The notes below the pieces were generated by a model. It was not told the DNA's origin and did not search any database. It worked only from the letters and a program-made list of their open reading frames with translations. A DNA stretch of 64,000 bases from Candidatus Thermosaccharophagus tengchongensis. Lineage in GTDB: Bacteria > Armatimonadota > Fervidibacteria > Fervidibacterales > Thermosaccharophagaceae. The first letter of the stretch is position 1. Every line of letters begins with the position of its first letter. The stretch lies in NCBI GenBank assembly GCA_032161105.1, contig JAVHTD010000002.1; one strand, 5' to 3'. A program made the translations under genes and the position numbers. Below, one piece after another: positions 38,282-48,670 of this stretch.

Positions 38282-40015
38282 ATGACGCACATTGCAGGAG
38301 CTCTCATGAGCCTATTCAGCGTTGCGCTTGTGTTTGTTCTGTTTTGGCACTTGCGCAGCGCGGTCAGGTTGCTCCCCGAAGAGGAGCAAAGCAAATTGCA
38401 GGCGGCAAGGGGAATGGTTAGGAGAATCAGTTTGGCATCGCTCTTGCTGAGCGCTTTGGCGATTGGCGTGATAAGCCTTTTGAGCGCTCTTCGAATGCCG
38501 CCATTCTCGCCGGGGCAGGCTCTCGCAGTATCGCTCCCATTGATGTGGGTCATGTTCGGAGTCCCCTTCGCATTGCTTGATGAAGTGATGGTGCTCAGCG
38601 CAGCCACGAGTGGCAGCGTGCTTAGCCTTACTCCGGCAAGTTGGCTTCTTTGCGTCTCCATCGCCGTTGTCCCGATGGCTCTATCAATACTGTCAGTGCA
38701 GTTGTTGATGTCTCAAAAGTTGGTCGGGCTGAGCGAGTCGCTCAGCGGTTGCGCATTTGCTGTTGCCAGCATGTCGCTCGCCTTCTTTGTGGCAGTGGCT
38801 GTTAGCTCAAGTTTGCGTCAAGGGGGCGAAAGCAGCTTTGAACCATTCTTTCGCTCCCCAATGCTCGTGCGAGCTATAGCATTAACTGCTGCGGGAACGC
38901 TTATGATGACGCTCGCCATTGCCATTCATCATCCCTCACCAAAAGGGGAAAGCATTTTCATCATTGCCTATCCGGTGGCGCTATCGGCAGCATTGCTCAT
39001 TGGATGGCACATAGCCAGCGGTGTGATTCTCATCGGTGGCGAGAGATTGATTAAATTCGGACACATTGTGCACCCTGTTATAGCCGGGCTTGTATTCGCT
39101 TTGATTGGGAGTGCATTCGCACACGCGAGCATCAAACCTTACTCCCATCTCTTCAGGCTCGGTGTGGTCGCATTCATTTTCGTTGCGGTGATGTATCAGT
39201 TGCTCATTCATCGGGGCACGATGGCTGAGCGTGATATCTCTGCAACACAGCAATTTGGGATAGCGGCGTCCCTGCTTGTTCTCGGAATGATAGCTGTAGC
39301 ATTTGCGGCTCATCGTGCGTATGGTGTTGGTGTTGCCGGTATTGGCTTTCTCCCAGCCGCACATTTCTTCGGCGTGCTCGCAAGCTGGCTCGTGCAGATG
39401 GATTCCGAGTTTCGTAAGGAGCAGTTTTGGCGCATGGCGCTCGTATCAAACTTACCCATCATAGTTTTGGCGATGCGCCTGATGTATGAAAGGCAGGTTC
39501 AAGCAGCCATCCTTCCATCGCATTCACCCATCGTGCTCGTGAGCGCTTGTGCAGGCGCCTTAACTTTCACTGCCCTCACCGGGTTGGTCACCAGCTCGTC
39601 AGGCAATGCCATTGCGAGTGCGCTCAACGGTTTTTGGGGGTTGTTTGCGAAGTCGCTGTTAGCCCTCGCTCGCATTGGTTTGATTGCGGTCGGCTTTGCT
39701 GTCCTGCTGCCCATGCTTTGGGGGGCGAGCGCATCATTCGGGTTCATCATCGGCGTTGCAATTTCAACCTTAATGCTATGCACCATGCCGGGTTTGAACT
39801 CGCCCTCGTTGGCTTGGCGGTTTGCCATCCTCTGGTATGTGGCATTGACGCTCATGCTGTGCATCGGCATCGTGCATACAACCCAGCTTTTGATCCCATT
39901 GTCGCTTCGCCCACGCCTGTTCAGGGTGTGGATGTTCATTGGCTTGCTCTTACTCACCGGTATTGCATGGGGATTGCTCGGTATTGCCCGAAGGCGCATT
40001 TGGCGATCCTCATAG
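38282..40015 (+). CDS. Polytopic membrane protein (about 16-17 TM); apparent catalytically degenerate mPPase-fold homolog
   Basis: Almost entirely hydrophobic; TM segments match hppA in order by eye (see findings). Confidence 0.7.
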   Translation: MTHIAGALMSLFSVALVFVLFWHLRSAVRLLPEEEQSKLQAARGMVRRISLASLLLSALAIGVISLLSALRMPPFSPGQALAVSLPLMWVMFGVPFALLDEVMVLSAATSGSVLSLTPASWLLCVSIAVVPMALSILSVQLLMSQKLVGLSESLSGCAFAVASMSLAFFVAVAVSSSLRQGGESSFEPFFRSPMLVRAIALTAAGTLMMTLAIAIHHPSPKGESIFIIAYPVALSAALLIGWHIASGVILIGGERLIKFGHIVHPVIAGLVFALIGSAFAHASIKPYSHLFRLGVVAFIFVAVMYQLLIHRGTMAERDISATQQFGIAASLLVLGMIAVAFAAHRAYGVGVAGIGFLPAAHFFGVLASWLVQMDSEFRKEQFWRMALVSNLPIIVLAMRLMYERQVQAAILPSHSPIVLVSACAGALTFTALTGLVTSSSGNAIASALNGFWGLFAKSLLALARIGLIAVGFAVLLPMLWGASASFGFIIGVAISTLMLCTMPGLNSPSLAWRFAILWYVALTLMLCIGIVHTTQLLIPLSLRPRLFRVWMFIGLLLLTGIAWGLLGIARRRIWRSS

Positions 40016-40017
40016 GG

Positions 40018-42153
40018 TCACCAGCGATGGCACATACTCCCTATGTGGATTTGCGTGCCAGTCGGCATGCTGAACCTCCTTATGAGGCAGCGATTTGAGC
40101 ACCCATTACATTCAAACGAATCAGCCACTGCATCCAGCGGTGGCAGTTCAAATCCCCTGAATGAGCTCTCCTGCGGGCGAAGGTTTGCTGCGAGCAGCGC
40201 TGCACCTATTGCGCCCATCACATTGAAATGCTCTGGCACATAAACTTCACAGTGCAACATTTCTTCAAGCGCATCCCTTATAGCGCCGTTGGCAGCCACA
40301 CCCCCGCAGAATACATACGGCGGCTGTATAGCTCTCCCCGAAACAACATTGCTGAAGTAGTTTCGGACGAGTGCAGTGCACAATCCTGCAACCAACTCCT
40401 CAATTGGCTGTCCGGCTTGTTGGCGCAACACTAAATCGCTCTCGGCAAATACGGTGCATCGTCCGCCTATCCTCGCTCGTCTCTTAGCCCTCCTTGCGAT
40501 CTCACCGAATGCCTCAATTGGTATTCCGAGGCGTGCGGCTTGGTGATCAAGGAATGCTCCGGTGCCGGCTGCACACACCGTGTTCATCGCAAATTCCGTT
40601 GGGACGCCGTCTTGAAGGAGTATCAGCTTTGCGTCTTGCCCGCCAATCTCAAACACAGTCCTTGCATCTGGCACCTCACGGCTAATAGATGCAGCATGCG
40701 CTGTAATCTCATTTCGTATGATGTCAGCTCCAACGAATGCCCCGATGAGCTCGCGCCCGCTGCCGGTGACACCGACGGAGATGACCCTTCCATTGCAATG
40801 TCTTCCAGCCTCTGCAAGCATTCGGCGCAGCGTCTCAACTGGGTTGCCGTATGTCCTCTCATACGACTTGTAAATCAGCTGCAAGTCGGAGGCATTAAGC
40901 AGGACGACCTTAGCCGTTATTGAGCCGACATCAATTCCTACGACCACACCATCCTCGTTTAAACTTGAAGCATTGTTTACGGCTTCCTTTGACGGCTTGG
41001 CTGCGATGCTGATGAGCACGGATGAACCTTTGCGCTTGTTGAAGAGGAGGGTATCTATGAACGCCTCAATCCTGACTTTGATGGCGTCGGGTTGCGTGTG
41101 CTCATCAAATGTGATGGCGCATATTGGCGGCAAGTTGTATTTGCCCCTGAAGAAGTTAAGCGCCCCAACTGCCGTTGTTTCTGGTGTGCATCCAAATGTG
41201 CTCAAGTGAATGATGCCATCAACGCCTTTGTTGCGGGCTTTCAGCGCCGCGCAAATTGTGATGATGTCCGAACCTGTGATGCGCTGTCCGAGCATGCGCA
41301 GCCCTTTGCGATAGTTTCCGTTTCCCCACAGGTCACTGAATGGGTTGATAAACGACCACCAGTCCATAACCCAAATGAGCTGCGCTTGCAATTGCGATGA
41401 GATGAAGCGCACAAGGTCAAATGCCGGGAAGCTGCCAAGCATAGTTGTATAGAAGTCACCGATGATCGCTACCCTTGCGCTTGGCTCACGATGGCGCAGC
41501 AGACTTTCCATGCGCCTAATAGCCCCGTGATATGCCTCATCGGAAGCCTTTCGTGATGTGGCTTTGAGCATCTCGCGGTATGCATCCGTTAGAATGGACA
41601 TCGCTGCCTCATACTCATCCACGGCATGCAGACGCTCTATCACGAATTCGTTTAAGTGGGCGTATAGTTTGACTTTCCTCAGACCGTCAAGTATTAGCCC
41701 GAGCATCTTTAGGTCACTGATGCTTGTGCATCCCGAGAACTTGCACAGTTGCTTGGCTTCTTTCAGCAGCGATAGGAATGCTGTGCGGAACATGACAGCC
41801 GGGTTGATGTTAACGATAACCCACTTGATCTCTCTACCGAAGTTGCTTTCAATCATCGGTTTTAAGAGCGCAGCGGTTGTATGCCCGAGCATGCAAGTTC
41901 CCGGTCCGCCGGGGACGATGAAAGTTTCGGCGCCCTCACTTGCCCCCGTTAGGATGTCCGCAAATATCAGGCGCAAGTCATAGCACCAATAGTCAGGTCC
42001 GCACCCTTTAGCCATGTCCACGGTCTGCCTGCTTGGCGGTCTCGGTGGAATGACATCCAACCCGATGCCGCTGGCGATGTGATGCCACAGCAGGCTATAT
42101 TCGCGCATGTATGTGATGAATGTTTTCGTCGTCTTCCTATTAGCGCTCGCCAT
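40018..42153 (-). CDS. CoA-enzyme activase (BadF/BadG/BcrA/BcrD) fused to a 2-hydroxyacyl-CoA dehydratase/DUF2229-like N-terminal half
   Basis: GIDVGSITAK, TGSGR, EIGGQDAK, CAAGTG, CTVFAESD, GGVAAN; N-half STFGCTPE, DEHT..RIEAF. Confidence 0.85.
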   Translation of the reverse strand: MASANRKTTKTFITYMREYSLLWHHIASGIGLDVIPPRPPSRQTVDMAKGCGPDYWCYDLRLIFADILTGASEGAETFIVPGGPGTCMLGHTTAALLKPMIESNFGREIKWVIVNINPAVMFRTAFLSLLKEAKQLCKFSGCTSISDLKMLGLILDGLRKVKLYAHLNEFVIERLHAVDEYEAAMSILTDAYREMLKATSRKASDEAYHGAIRRMESLLRHREPSARVAIIGDFYTTMLGSFPAFDLVRFISSQLQAQLIWVMDWWSFINPFSDLWGNGNYRKGLRMLGQRITGSDIITICAALKARNKGVDGIIHLSTFGCTPETTAVGALNFFRGKYNLPPICAITFDEHTQPDAIKVRIEAFIDTLLFNKRKGSSVLISIAAKPSKEAVNNASSLNEDGVVVGIDVGSITAKVVLLNASDLQLIYKSYERTYGNPVETLRRMLAEAGRHCNGRVISVGVTGSGRELIGAFVGADIIRNEITAHAASISREVPDARTVFEIGGQDAKLILLQDGVPTEFAMNTVCAAGTGAFLDHQAARLGIPIEAFGEIARRAKRRARIGGRCTVFAESDLVLRQQAGQPIEELVAGLCTALVRNYFSNVVSGRAIQPPYVFCGGVAANGAIRDALEEMLHCEVYVPEHFNVMGAIGAALLAANLRPQESSFRGFELPPLDAVADSFECNGCSNRCLIRRFSMPTGTQIHIGSMCHRW

Positions 42154-42330
42154 GGCTAACCACCATTAAGCATTGTAAACAGCGCTTTTGAGCAATAGGC
42201 AAGCGGCGTTTGCGGCGCCGCGCATTGGTTAGCTATACTTTGGATTTGACATTGTGCTGCCGAGGATCAAAAGCATCAGAGCCCATGGGTGAAGGCATCA
42301 TGCTGAAAGCCCGTGCAGTTTGGGGGGTAA

Positions 42331-43242
42331 ATGATGGGTGAGGTAAGGGTTGGTATAGTGGATGTGGATACGACACATGCTGTTGAGTTTACGAAGCGCC
42401 TCAATCACATCGGCATAGGTGAAGATCAATGGGTTGAAGGTGCAAGGGTCGTTTGCTTCTGGGCTGGTCCTTCAGCGATACGCTCGGATGAGGAGGTGAA
42501 GGAATTAGCTCGTGTGCTGAGGGAGGAACTCGGCGTCAAGCAAGTTGAGAGCTTGAAAGAGATGATCGGCATGATTGATGCCGTAATGATTGAGTCGGTT
42601 GATGGAAGCGTTCACTATGAGCGTGCTCTCCCATTCATTGACGCTGGGATACCAACATTCATTGACAAGCCATTCACATGCTCGCTTGAGCAGGCGAGGA
42701 GGTTGGCGGAGATTGCCGAGAAGAAAGGCGTGCCATTGTTCACATCCTCATCATTGCGCTATTCCTTGGAGGTTCAGGAGTTGAAGGCTCGTGCCGATGA
42801 ATATGGCATGGTGCTCGGTGCTGATGCATATAGCCCTGCGCCATACCATGAGCGCAACCCGGGGTTGTTCCATTACGGCATTCACGCTGTTGAAACTTTG
42901 TATGCGCTGATGGGGAAAGGGTGCAAGCAAGTTTGGTGCATATGGCGTGATGATGCCGAAGTAGTTGTGGGCACATGGGCTGATGGGCGCATTGGAACCG
43001 TCAGAGGGACAAGGGTCGGCGTGCACGGGTATGGCTTCACAGCATTTTGTGAGCGTAAAATAATTGCCAGCAGCATTGATGCGAGGTTCATCTATCGTGA
43101 GCTGCTAAAGCGCGTCGTTGAGATGTTCCAGACTGGAAAGCCACCGCTTGACATGCAAGAGAGCGTGGAGATCGTCGCATTCATTGAGGCAGCTATGCGC
43201 TCAAGGCATTGTGGTGGTTCCCCTCAGGCAGTGGCGGTCTGA
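42331..43242 (+). CDS. Gfo/Idh/MocA family oxidoreductase
   Basis: FIDKPF, SSSLRY, HYGIHAVE. Confidence 0.85.
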   Translation: MMGEVRVGIVDVDTTHAVEFTKRLNHIGIGEDQWVEGARVVCFWAGPSAIRSDEEVKELARVLREELGVKQVESLKEMIGMIDAVMIESVDGSVHYERALPFIDAGIPTFIDKPFTCSLEQARRLAEIAEKKGVPLFTSSSLRYSLEVQELKARADEYGMVLGADAYSPAPYHERNPGLFHYGIHAVETLYALMGKGCKQVWCIWRDDAEVVVGTWADGRIGTVRGTRVGVHGYGFTAFCERKIIASSIDARFIYRELLKRVVEMFQTGKPPLDMQESVEIVAFIEAAMRSRHCGGSPQAVAV

Positions 43243-43303
43243 GATGGACAGATAAATGTTGGACTTGCTCTCGGCTTAAAGTTCGCTTTAGGGGTGAAAG
43301 CGG

Positions 43304-44494
43304 ATGCGCATTGTCCTTTACACTGGGAAGGGCGGCGTGGGTAAGACGAGCATAAGTGCAGCAACAGGGATACTGTGCGCCGAGCTTGGTTACAAGACTT
43401 TGGTCATGAGCACAGATCCTGCGCACTCGCTCTCTGACTCGCTTTGCATGAAGCTTGGAAGCGAGCCAACAGAAATCTGTGATGGGCTTTTTGGGATGGA
43501 GATAGACCCGTTCGCTGAGATTGAGGAGAACTGGGCAGCTGCAAAGGATTACCTTACGATGCTATTTGCCTCGCAAGGGCTTGACGAAGTCGCAGCTGAA
43601 GAACTCGCAGTGCTTCCGGGAATGGATGAGTTGTTTAGCCTGCTCAAGGTCAAGCGATTTTACGAAAGCGGTGAGTTTGATGTGCTCGTCGTTGATTGCG
43701 CTCCAACTGGCGCAACGATACGATTGCTTAACTTCCCGGAAGTGCTGCAGTGGTATATGAAGCGCCTGTTCCCAGTGGAGAGGTATGTCGTTGGCACAAT
43801 TCGCAAGTTCAAGCGCGAGATATTTTCCGTTCCACTCCCGAGTGATGCCGTCTTTGATACGATACAGCGCATGTATGCGAATGTGGATGAGATGCGCGAC
43901 ATATTGCTTGACCCGCGGGTGACAACGATACGCCTCGTTCTCAATCCGGAGAAGATGGTCATACAGGAAACGAGGCGCGCTTACACGTATCTTAACCTCT
44001 TCGGCTTTCACACCGATGCCATTATCGCAAACAAGGTCTTCCCCGAGGAGATCACCGACCTATATTTCTCCGAGTGGAAGAAGGTGCAAAAGGCTTACTT
44101 GGAGGAGGTTGAGGCGTCGTTTCCGAACCTACCGATATTTAAGGTGAGGTTTTATCGGCACGAAGTCGTCGGTTTAGAGAGCCTCCGCAGAATGGCACAT
44201 GATACATTCGGCGACAGCGACCCAACCCAAATATTCGCTCAGGATGAACCAATGCAGATAATCAAGGAGGGCAGCAATTATACGCTTGTCCTGAAGCTGC
44301 CGTTCGTCTCTCATAGGGAAGTTGACCTCTATCAGAAGGGCGATGAGCTCATAGTCAGGATTGGGAACTTCAAGCGCAACATCATCTTGCCTATGGTGCT
44401 CGCTCGCCTTGAAGTGGTTAATGCCAAGTTCGTTGAAGACAAACTCCACATACGCTTTACTGACAAGCGAAGACCAAAATCACACCATCAGTAG
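43304..44494 (+). CDS. ArsA/Get3-family ATPase with C-terminal HSP20-like domain
   Basis: GKGGVGKT, STDPAHSL, PGMDE, DCAPTG; C-terminal LKLPFV...GDELIVRIG. Confidence 0.9.
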   Translation: MRIVLYTGKGGVGKTSISAATGILCAELGYKTLVMSTDPAHSLSDSLCMKLGSEPTEICDGLFGMEIDPFAEIEENWAAAKDYLTMLFASQGLDEVAAEELAVLPGMDELFSLLKVKRFYESGEFDVLVVDCAPTGATIRLLNFPEVLQWYMKRLFPVERYVVGTIRKFKREIFSVPLPSDAVFDTIQRMYANVDEMRDILLDPRVTTIRLVLNPEKMVIQETRRAYTYLNLFGFHTDAIIANKVFPEEITDLYFSEWKKVQKAYLEEVEASFPNLPIFKVRFYRHEVVGLESLRRMAHDTFGDSDPTQIFAQDEPMQIIKEGSNYTLVLKLPFVSHREVDLYQKGDELIVRIGNFKRNIILPMVLARLEVVNAKFVEDKLHIRFTDKRRPKSHHQ

Positions 44495-44622
44495 TGCGGC
44501 TTCGGCTGTGAATTCAATGCATCAATGCAAGTGGGTTTAGCTGCGAGCTTAGCACATGGGTGCGAATGGCTTCAGCCACAAGCTTAAGCGTTCCTGAGCG
44601 TTACTTACATCGTTTGAAAAAG

Positions 44623-45849
44623 TTAAGCGCCGAGCCCTGCCGCACCCCTTCTTATGCCCCTTTCACTTTCAATCTTTTGTTGGTAGCCGCTTTGTCTGTA
44701 TGCCATAAGCGGGTCAAGTGGGACCCCCATTTCCTCCCGCACAACCATAAGCAGCGGTGTCACATCGGTATTAAACGCATCCTGAAGGATTTGCTCAGCC
44801 ATGACAACATCGCATTTTTCCTGTGCGCTGTAAAGTTCGCCTCTCGGGATAAGCAACGCCTTCGCGTATGCGGTTTGGATGTTGATTATGGTCTGGATCA
44901 TCTCCTCTATCTTTGGCTTAATGTTTGCTGCCTGATCAACCATGAATGCCACCTTCAAGTTGAGCTCATCTTCAGCGGTGACTATCTCTTTGAGGATGAG
45001 GAACAACTCATACGGGTTGATGGAGCCTGTTGTCAGGTCATCATCCGCATACTTTCGGTTGTTGAAGTGAAAGCCGCCAAGCTTACCCTCGTCAATTAAG
45101 AAAGCGACGATGTGTTCAATGTTTGTGCCATGCGGGTGGTGACCCAAGTCAACGAGCACCTTTGCCCTCTCGCCGCACTTTTGCGCGAACACATAAGCCA
45201 TACCCCAATCGGCGATGTCGGTGTGGTAAAACGCTGGCTCAAAGAACTTGTATTCAATGAGCATCGTCATGTCCTGAGGCATTGCCTCATATACCTCCTG
45301 CAGGCATTCAATCATGCGGTGCTTGCGTCTCCGAAAGTCATCTTGCCCTGGGTGGTTAGTTCCGTCGGCAAACCAAAGGCTCAAGATGTTTGAGCCAACT
45401 TGCTTGGCTATCTCAATTGAATCAATGATGTGTCTCACGGCACGCTTTCTAACTTCTGCATCTGGGCTTGCTATGCTCCCATACTTGTAGCACTGGTCCT
45501 GAAACACATTTGGGTTCACCGAACCAATCCTTAAGCCGAGTTGCTCTGCGTATTCCTTTACGCCGTCCACTTTGCCATCCGGGAAGTCCCAGAGAACATG
45601 CACTGCCACCGATGGCGCTACACCGGTGAACTTGTTAACCTGCGCTGCATCCTCAAGCTTCTCATAGATGGTCACTGCTGCGCCGGGTTGATAAAATATG
45701 CCAAAGCGGGTTCCCGAATCTGCATATGCCCATGAGGGAGTTTCAATTTCAAGCGCCTTAAGCCTCGCCTTCACCGCCTCAATGTCAATTCCCTTCTCGG
45801 CAAGCGTGTCGGCAAGCATTTTGTATTCCTCCTTGTATCGCTTTCTCAT
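44623..45849 (-). CDS. rhaI: L-rhamnose isomerase (RhaI type)
   Basis: [43 protein letters not shown]. Confidence 0.88.
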   Translation of the reverse strand: MRKRYKEEYKMLADTLAEKGIDIEAVKARLKALEIETPSWAYADSGTRFGIFYQPGAAVTIYEKLEDAAQVNKFTGVAPSVAVHVLWDFPDGKVDGVKEYAEQLGLRIGSVNPNVFQDQCYKYGSIASPDAEVRKRAVRHIIDSIEIAKQVGSNILSLWFADGTNHPGQDDFRRRKHRMIECLQEVYEAMPQDMTMLIEYKFFEPAFYHTDIADWGMAYVFAQKCGERAKVLVDLGHHPHGTNIEHIVAFLIDEGKLGGFHFNNRKYADDDLTTGSINPYELFLILKEIVTAEDELNLKVAFMVDQAANIKPKIEEMIQTIINIQTAYAKALLIPRGELYSAQEKCDVVMAEQILQDAFNTDVTPLLMVVREEMGVPLDPLMAYRQSGYQQKIESERGIRRGAAGLGA

Positions 45850-46079
45850 GCTCTTCACCCCCGAGCTCTTCAATTGCATCAGCATTCATCTGAATACCCC
45901 TCACTTCGCGGGTATGCTTGTTTTTCGTGGTGAGTGCAATTCAAGGCGGGTTTAAACGGGTGATCCACGATGTGAGTTTCGCCTACAAACTCGCTTTGCG
46001 GCAATGCCGCTCTTTTTAGTGACTTCGGTCTGGTGTGACGAATTGCAAAAAGATGTTCACATAGCCCCTGCCATTCTGC

Positions 46080-46124
46080 TGGGGAGCCAGCATCCTTAGA
46101 TTCACTTGTGATGCTGGCTCCCCA
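46080..46124. terminator. 15-bp perfect inverted repeat just downstream of the isomerase gene
   Basis: TGGGGAGCCAGCATC-15 nt-GATGCTGGCTCCCCA; no clear U-tract, so it may be a stabilising hairpin. Confidence 0.45.
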
Positions 46125-46142
46125 AAGGTGTTGGAGCAGTCT

Positions 46143-47135
46143 CTACCTTTCAAATGCGGCTTCAAACCTTATCTCCGATGGCTTGAACTGCAACTTGCGG
46201 ACAAACTCGCAGGCTTCCTTTGCGCCGTGTTCTCTATCCATGCCGCTGTCTTCCCACTCAACCGAAAGCGGGCCGTTATAGCCTATGTTGTTCAGAGCGC
46301 GAATTATCTCCTCAAAGTTTATCCCGCCCCTCCCCGGTGAGCGGAAGTCCCAACCTCTCCTCGGATCCCCAAACGGCAGGTGAGACGAGAGGATGCCGCT
46401 TCTCCCATCAAGCGTGGTGATGGCATCCTTCACATGCATGTGGAATATGCGATCGGGAAATTCGTAAATGAACTTGACTGGGTCAACGCCCTGCCAGTGT
46501 AGGTGGCTCGGATCAAAATTGAATCCGAACGCCGGATGGTAATCCACAGCCTCAAGGGCTTTCCTCGCCGTGTATAGGTCAAACGCGATTTCTGTCGGAT
46601 GAACTTCAAGAGCAAACTTCACACCACATGCCTCAAATTCATCCAGTATAGGCTTCCACACCTGCGCGAACTTCTTGAACCCATCCTCAATCATTTGCGG
46701 CGGCACTGGTGGGAACGGATAGACAAGATGCCATATTGGTGAACCAGTAAATCCGTTTACGACCTGCACGCCGAGGTTTTTTGCAGCCCTTGCTGTGAGC
46801 TTCATTTCCTCAATTGCTCTCTCGCGAACTCCATCCGGATTGCCATCTCCCCAAACATGCTCAGGGAGGATGGCTTTGTGCCGTTCATCAATTGGATCAA
46901 GCACAGCTTGTCCAGCAAGGTGATTGCTAATAGCCCACACATTGAGACCATATCTTGCAAGGAGCTGCTTTCGCTCCTCGCAATACTTTGGATCTTCAAC
47001 GGCTTTGCGCACATCAAAGTGGTCACCCCAACAGGCGAGTTCGAGCCCGTCATAACCCCACTCGCTCGCCTTTTGTGCGAGGGTCTCAAGAGGCATATCA
47101 GCCCACTGACCTGTGAACAATGTCACCGGACGCAT
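46143..47135 (-). CDS. Sugar phosphate isomerase/epimerase (xylose isomerase-like TIM barrel)
   Basis: [34 protein letters not shown]. Confidence 0.9.
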   Translation of the reverse strand: MRPVTLFTGQWADMPLETLAQKASEWGYDGLELACWGDHFDVRKAVEDPKYCEERKQLLARYGLNVWAISNHLAGQAVLDPIDERHKAILPEHVWGDGNPDGVRERAIEEMKLTARAAKNLGVQVVNGFTGSPIWHLVYPFPPVPPQMIEDGFKKFAQVWKPILDEFEACGVKFALEVHPTEIAFDLYTARKALEAVDYHPAFGFNFDPSHLHWQGVDPVKFIYEFPDRIFHMHVKDAITTLDGRSGILSSHLPFGDPRRGWDFRSPGRGGINFEEIIRALNNIGYNGPLSVEWEDSGMDREHGAKEACEFVRKLQFKPSEIRFEAAFER

Positions 47136-47374
47136 CCTTATCCACCTCCCAGTCCCCGTGGTGAGCGGATGTGGTTTACAGTCATGCAGTCAATAAATAT
47201 GATGCATTGTGGAGCAGGTTGTGTCAAACGCAGTCCTTTAGTGCATTGTTGCAGCGGATGCTCCAAACCGACGACCGAGCCTTAGTTGCTCTCGCTAAGT
47301 TAAAAAAACCAAGCGGTGCGAAGTGGTTGAATCAGATTTGTTGAGCATATGTTGGTTCATCAACGGTGCGTCCC

Positions 47375-47403
47375 TTTACAAGGGGATTTGATGACGCTAA
47401 AAT
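47375..47403 (+). promoter_or_regulatory. sigma70-type promoter for the str operon
   Basis: TTTACA-17 nt-TAAAAT. Confidence 0.5.
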
Positions 47404-47654
47404 AAAAGCATGACTATGGTGGTTGAGCGTTGGCGTTGTATTGCGCGTTGGTGCTATCTTGAACCACTGCAGGTTTCAATCATGAAAGTTCCAACCGCGC
47501 AGACAGTGCTCATAGGCAAAGAGTGGCGAAAGGCTTTTAGTGTGTTATCATGCTATGTCGTCAGAGGGCGTGGGAGGCAGCGAATGCAATGCATTCGCTG
47601 CAGGGCGCCTTAAGACGCCGAGATGGAATGTTAATGTGGGCTGCCTCTCTGCTG

Positions 47655-47686
47655 CCCCTCTGGCGTAGCCAGAGGGGTAATTTTTT
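47655..47686 (+). terminator. Intrinsic terminator-like hairpin in the rpsL leader
   Basis: CCCCTCTGGC-GTA-GCCAGAGGGG followed by TAATTTTTT. Confidence 0.65.
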
Positions 47687-47727
47687 GCGATGCAGAGTAT
47701 GCTTAAGCACGAGAGGGTGATTGAAGG

Positions 47728-48147
47728 ATGCCAACAATCAACCAGATAGTAAAGGGTGCCCGTAAGCCGAAGAAACATCGCACAAAGACACCGGCTCTAA
47801 AATACCGTTATAACGCTCTTAAGGGGAAGCTTATATACGACCCGCAAGGTGCGCCGATGTTGCGCGGTGTGTGCATATCGGTGCGAACCATGACGCCGAA
47901 GAAACCGAACTCGGCATTGCGCAAGATAGCAAAGGTTCGCTTAAGCAACAGGCGAGTCATCACTGCTTACATCCCGGGTGTCGGACACAATCTACAGGAG
48001 CACAGCGTTGTGCTTGTGAGGGGCGGACGAGTTAAGGACCTCCCAGGCATAAGATACAAAGTCGTTAGAGGCGCGCTTGACTGTGCCGGAGTTGAGGGGA
48101 GGAGGAAAGCCCGCTCGGTCTATGGTGCCAAGAGACCGAAATCTTAA
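47728..48147 (+). CDS. rpsL: 30S ribosomal protein S12
   Basis: [26 protein letters not shown]. Confidence 0.98.
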   Translation: MPTINQIVKGARKPKKHRTKTPALKYRYNALKGKLIYDPQGAPMLRGVCISVRTMTPKKPNSALRKIAKVRLSNRRVITAYIPGVGHNLQEHSVVLVRGGRVKDLPGIRYKVVRGALDCAGVEGRRKARSVYGAKRPKS

Positions 48148-48183
48148 TTTGTGTTACGAATTGATGAAATGAGGTGAAATGGG

Positions 48184-48657
48184 ATGCCAAGGAGAGGACC
48201 AGTTCCGCCGAGGGAAATCCCGCCAGACCCGGTTTACGGAAGTGTGCTCATACACAAGCTCATTAACCAAATCATGCGGAAGGGCAAGAAGAGCATCGCA
48301 GAGAAAATCATGTATGGCTCGCTGTTGCTGATACATCAACGAACAAAGCGCAATCCGCTTGATGTGCTTGCTAACGCTATACGCAATGTCATGCCTGTGG
48401 TTGAAGTTCGTCCAAGGCGTGTTGGCGGTGCGACATATCAAGTGCCAATGGAAGTTCGCCCAACGAGGCGAGTCAGTTTGGCACTCCGTTGGCTTGTTCA
48501 GGCGGCGAGACAGCGCAAGGGCAGGACGATGGCTCACAGGCTTGCGGATGAAATCATTGATGCTTCTAACAATCAAGGGGGCGCAGTTAGGATAAAGGAG
48601 GAAGTGCACAGAATAGCGGAGGCAAACAGAGCATTTGCTCACTATCGTTGGTTCTAA
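48184..48657 (+). CDS. rpsG: 30S ribosomal protein S7
   Basis: [23 protein letters not shown]. Confidence 0.98.
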   Translation: MPRRGPVPPREIPPDPVYGSVLIHKLINQIMRKGKKSIAEKIMYGSLLLIHQRTKRNPLDVLANAIRNVMPVVEVRPRRVGGATYQVPMEVRPTRRVSLALRWLVQAARQRKGRTMAHRLADEIIDASNNQGGAVRIKEEVHRIAEANRAFAHYRWF

Positions 48658-48670
48658 CGGTGTGATGCGT

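Noticed and set aside
47410..47613. 67-aa ORF in the rpsL leader
   Set aside because: No RBS or recognisable motif; RNA structure explains the region better, though a leader peptide is not excluded
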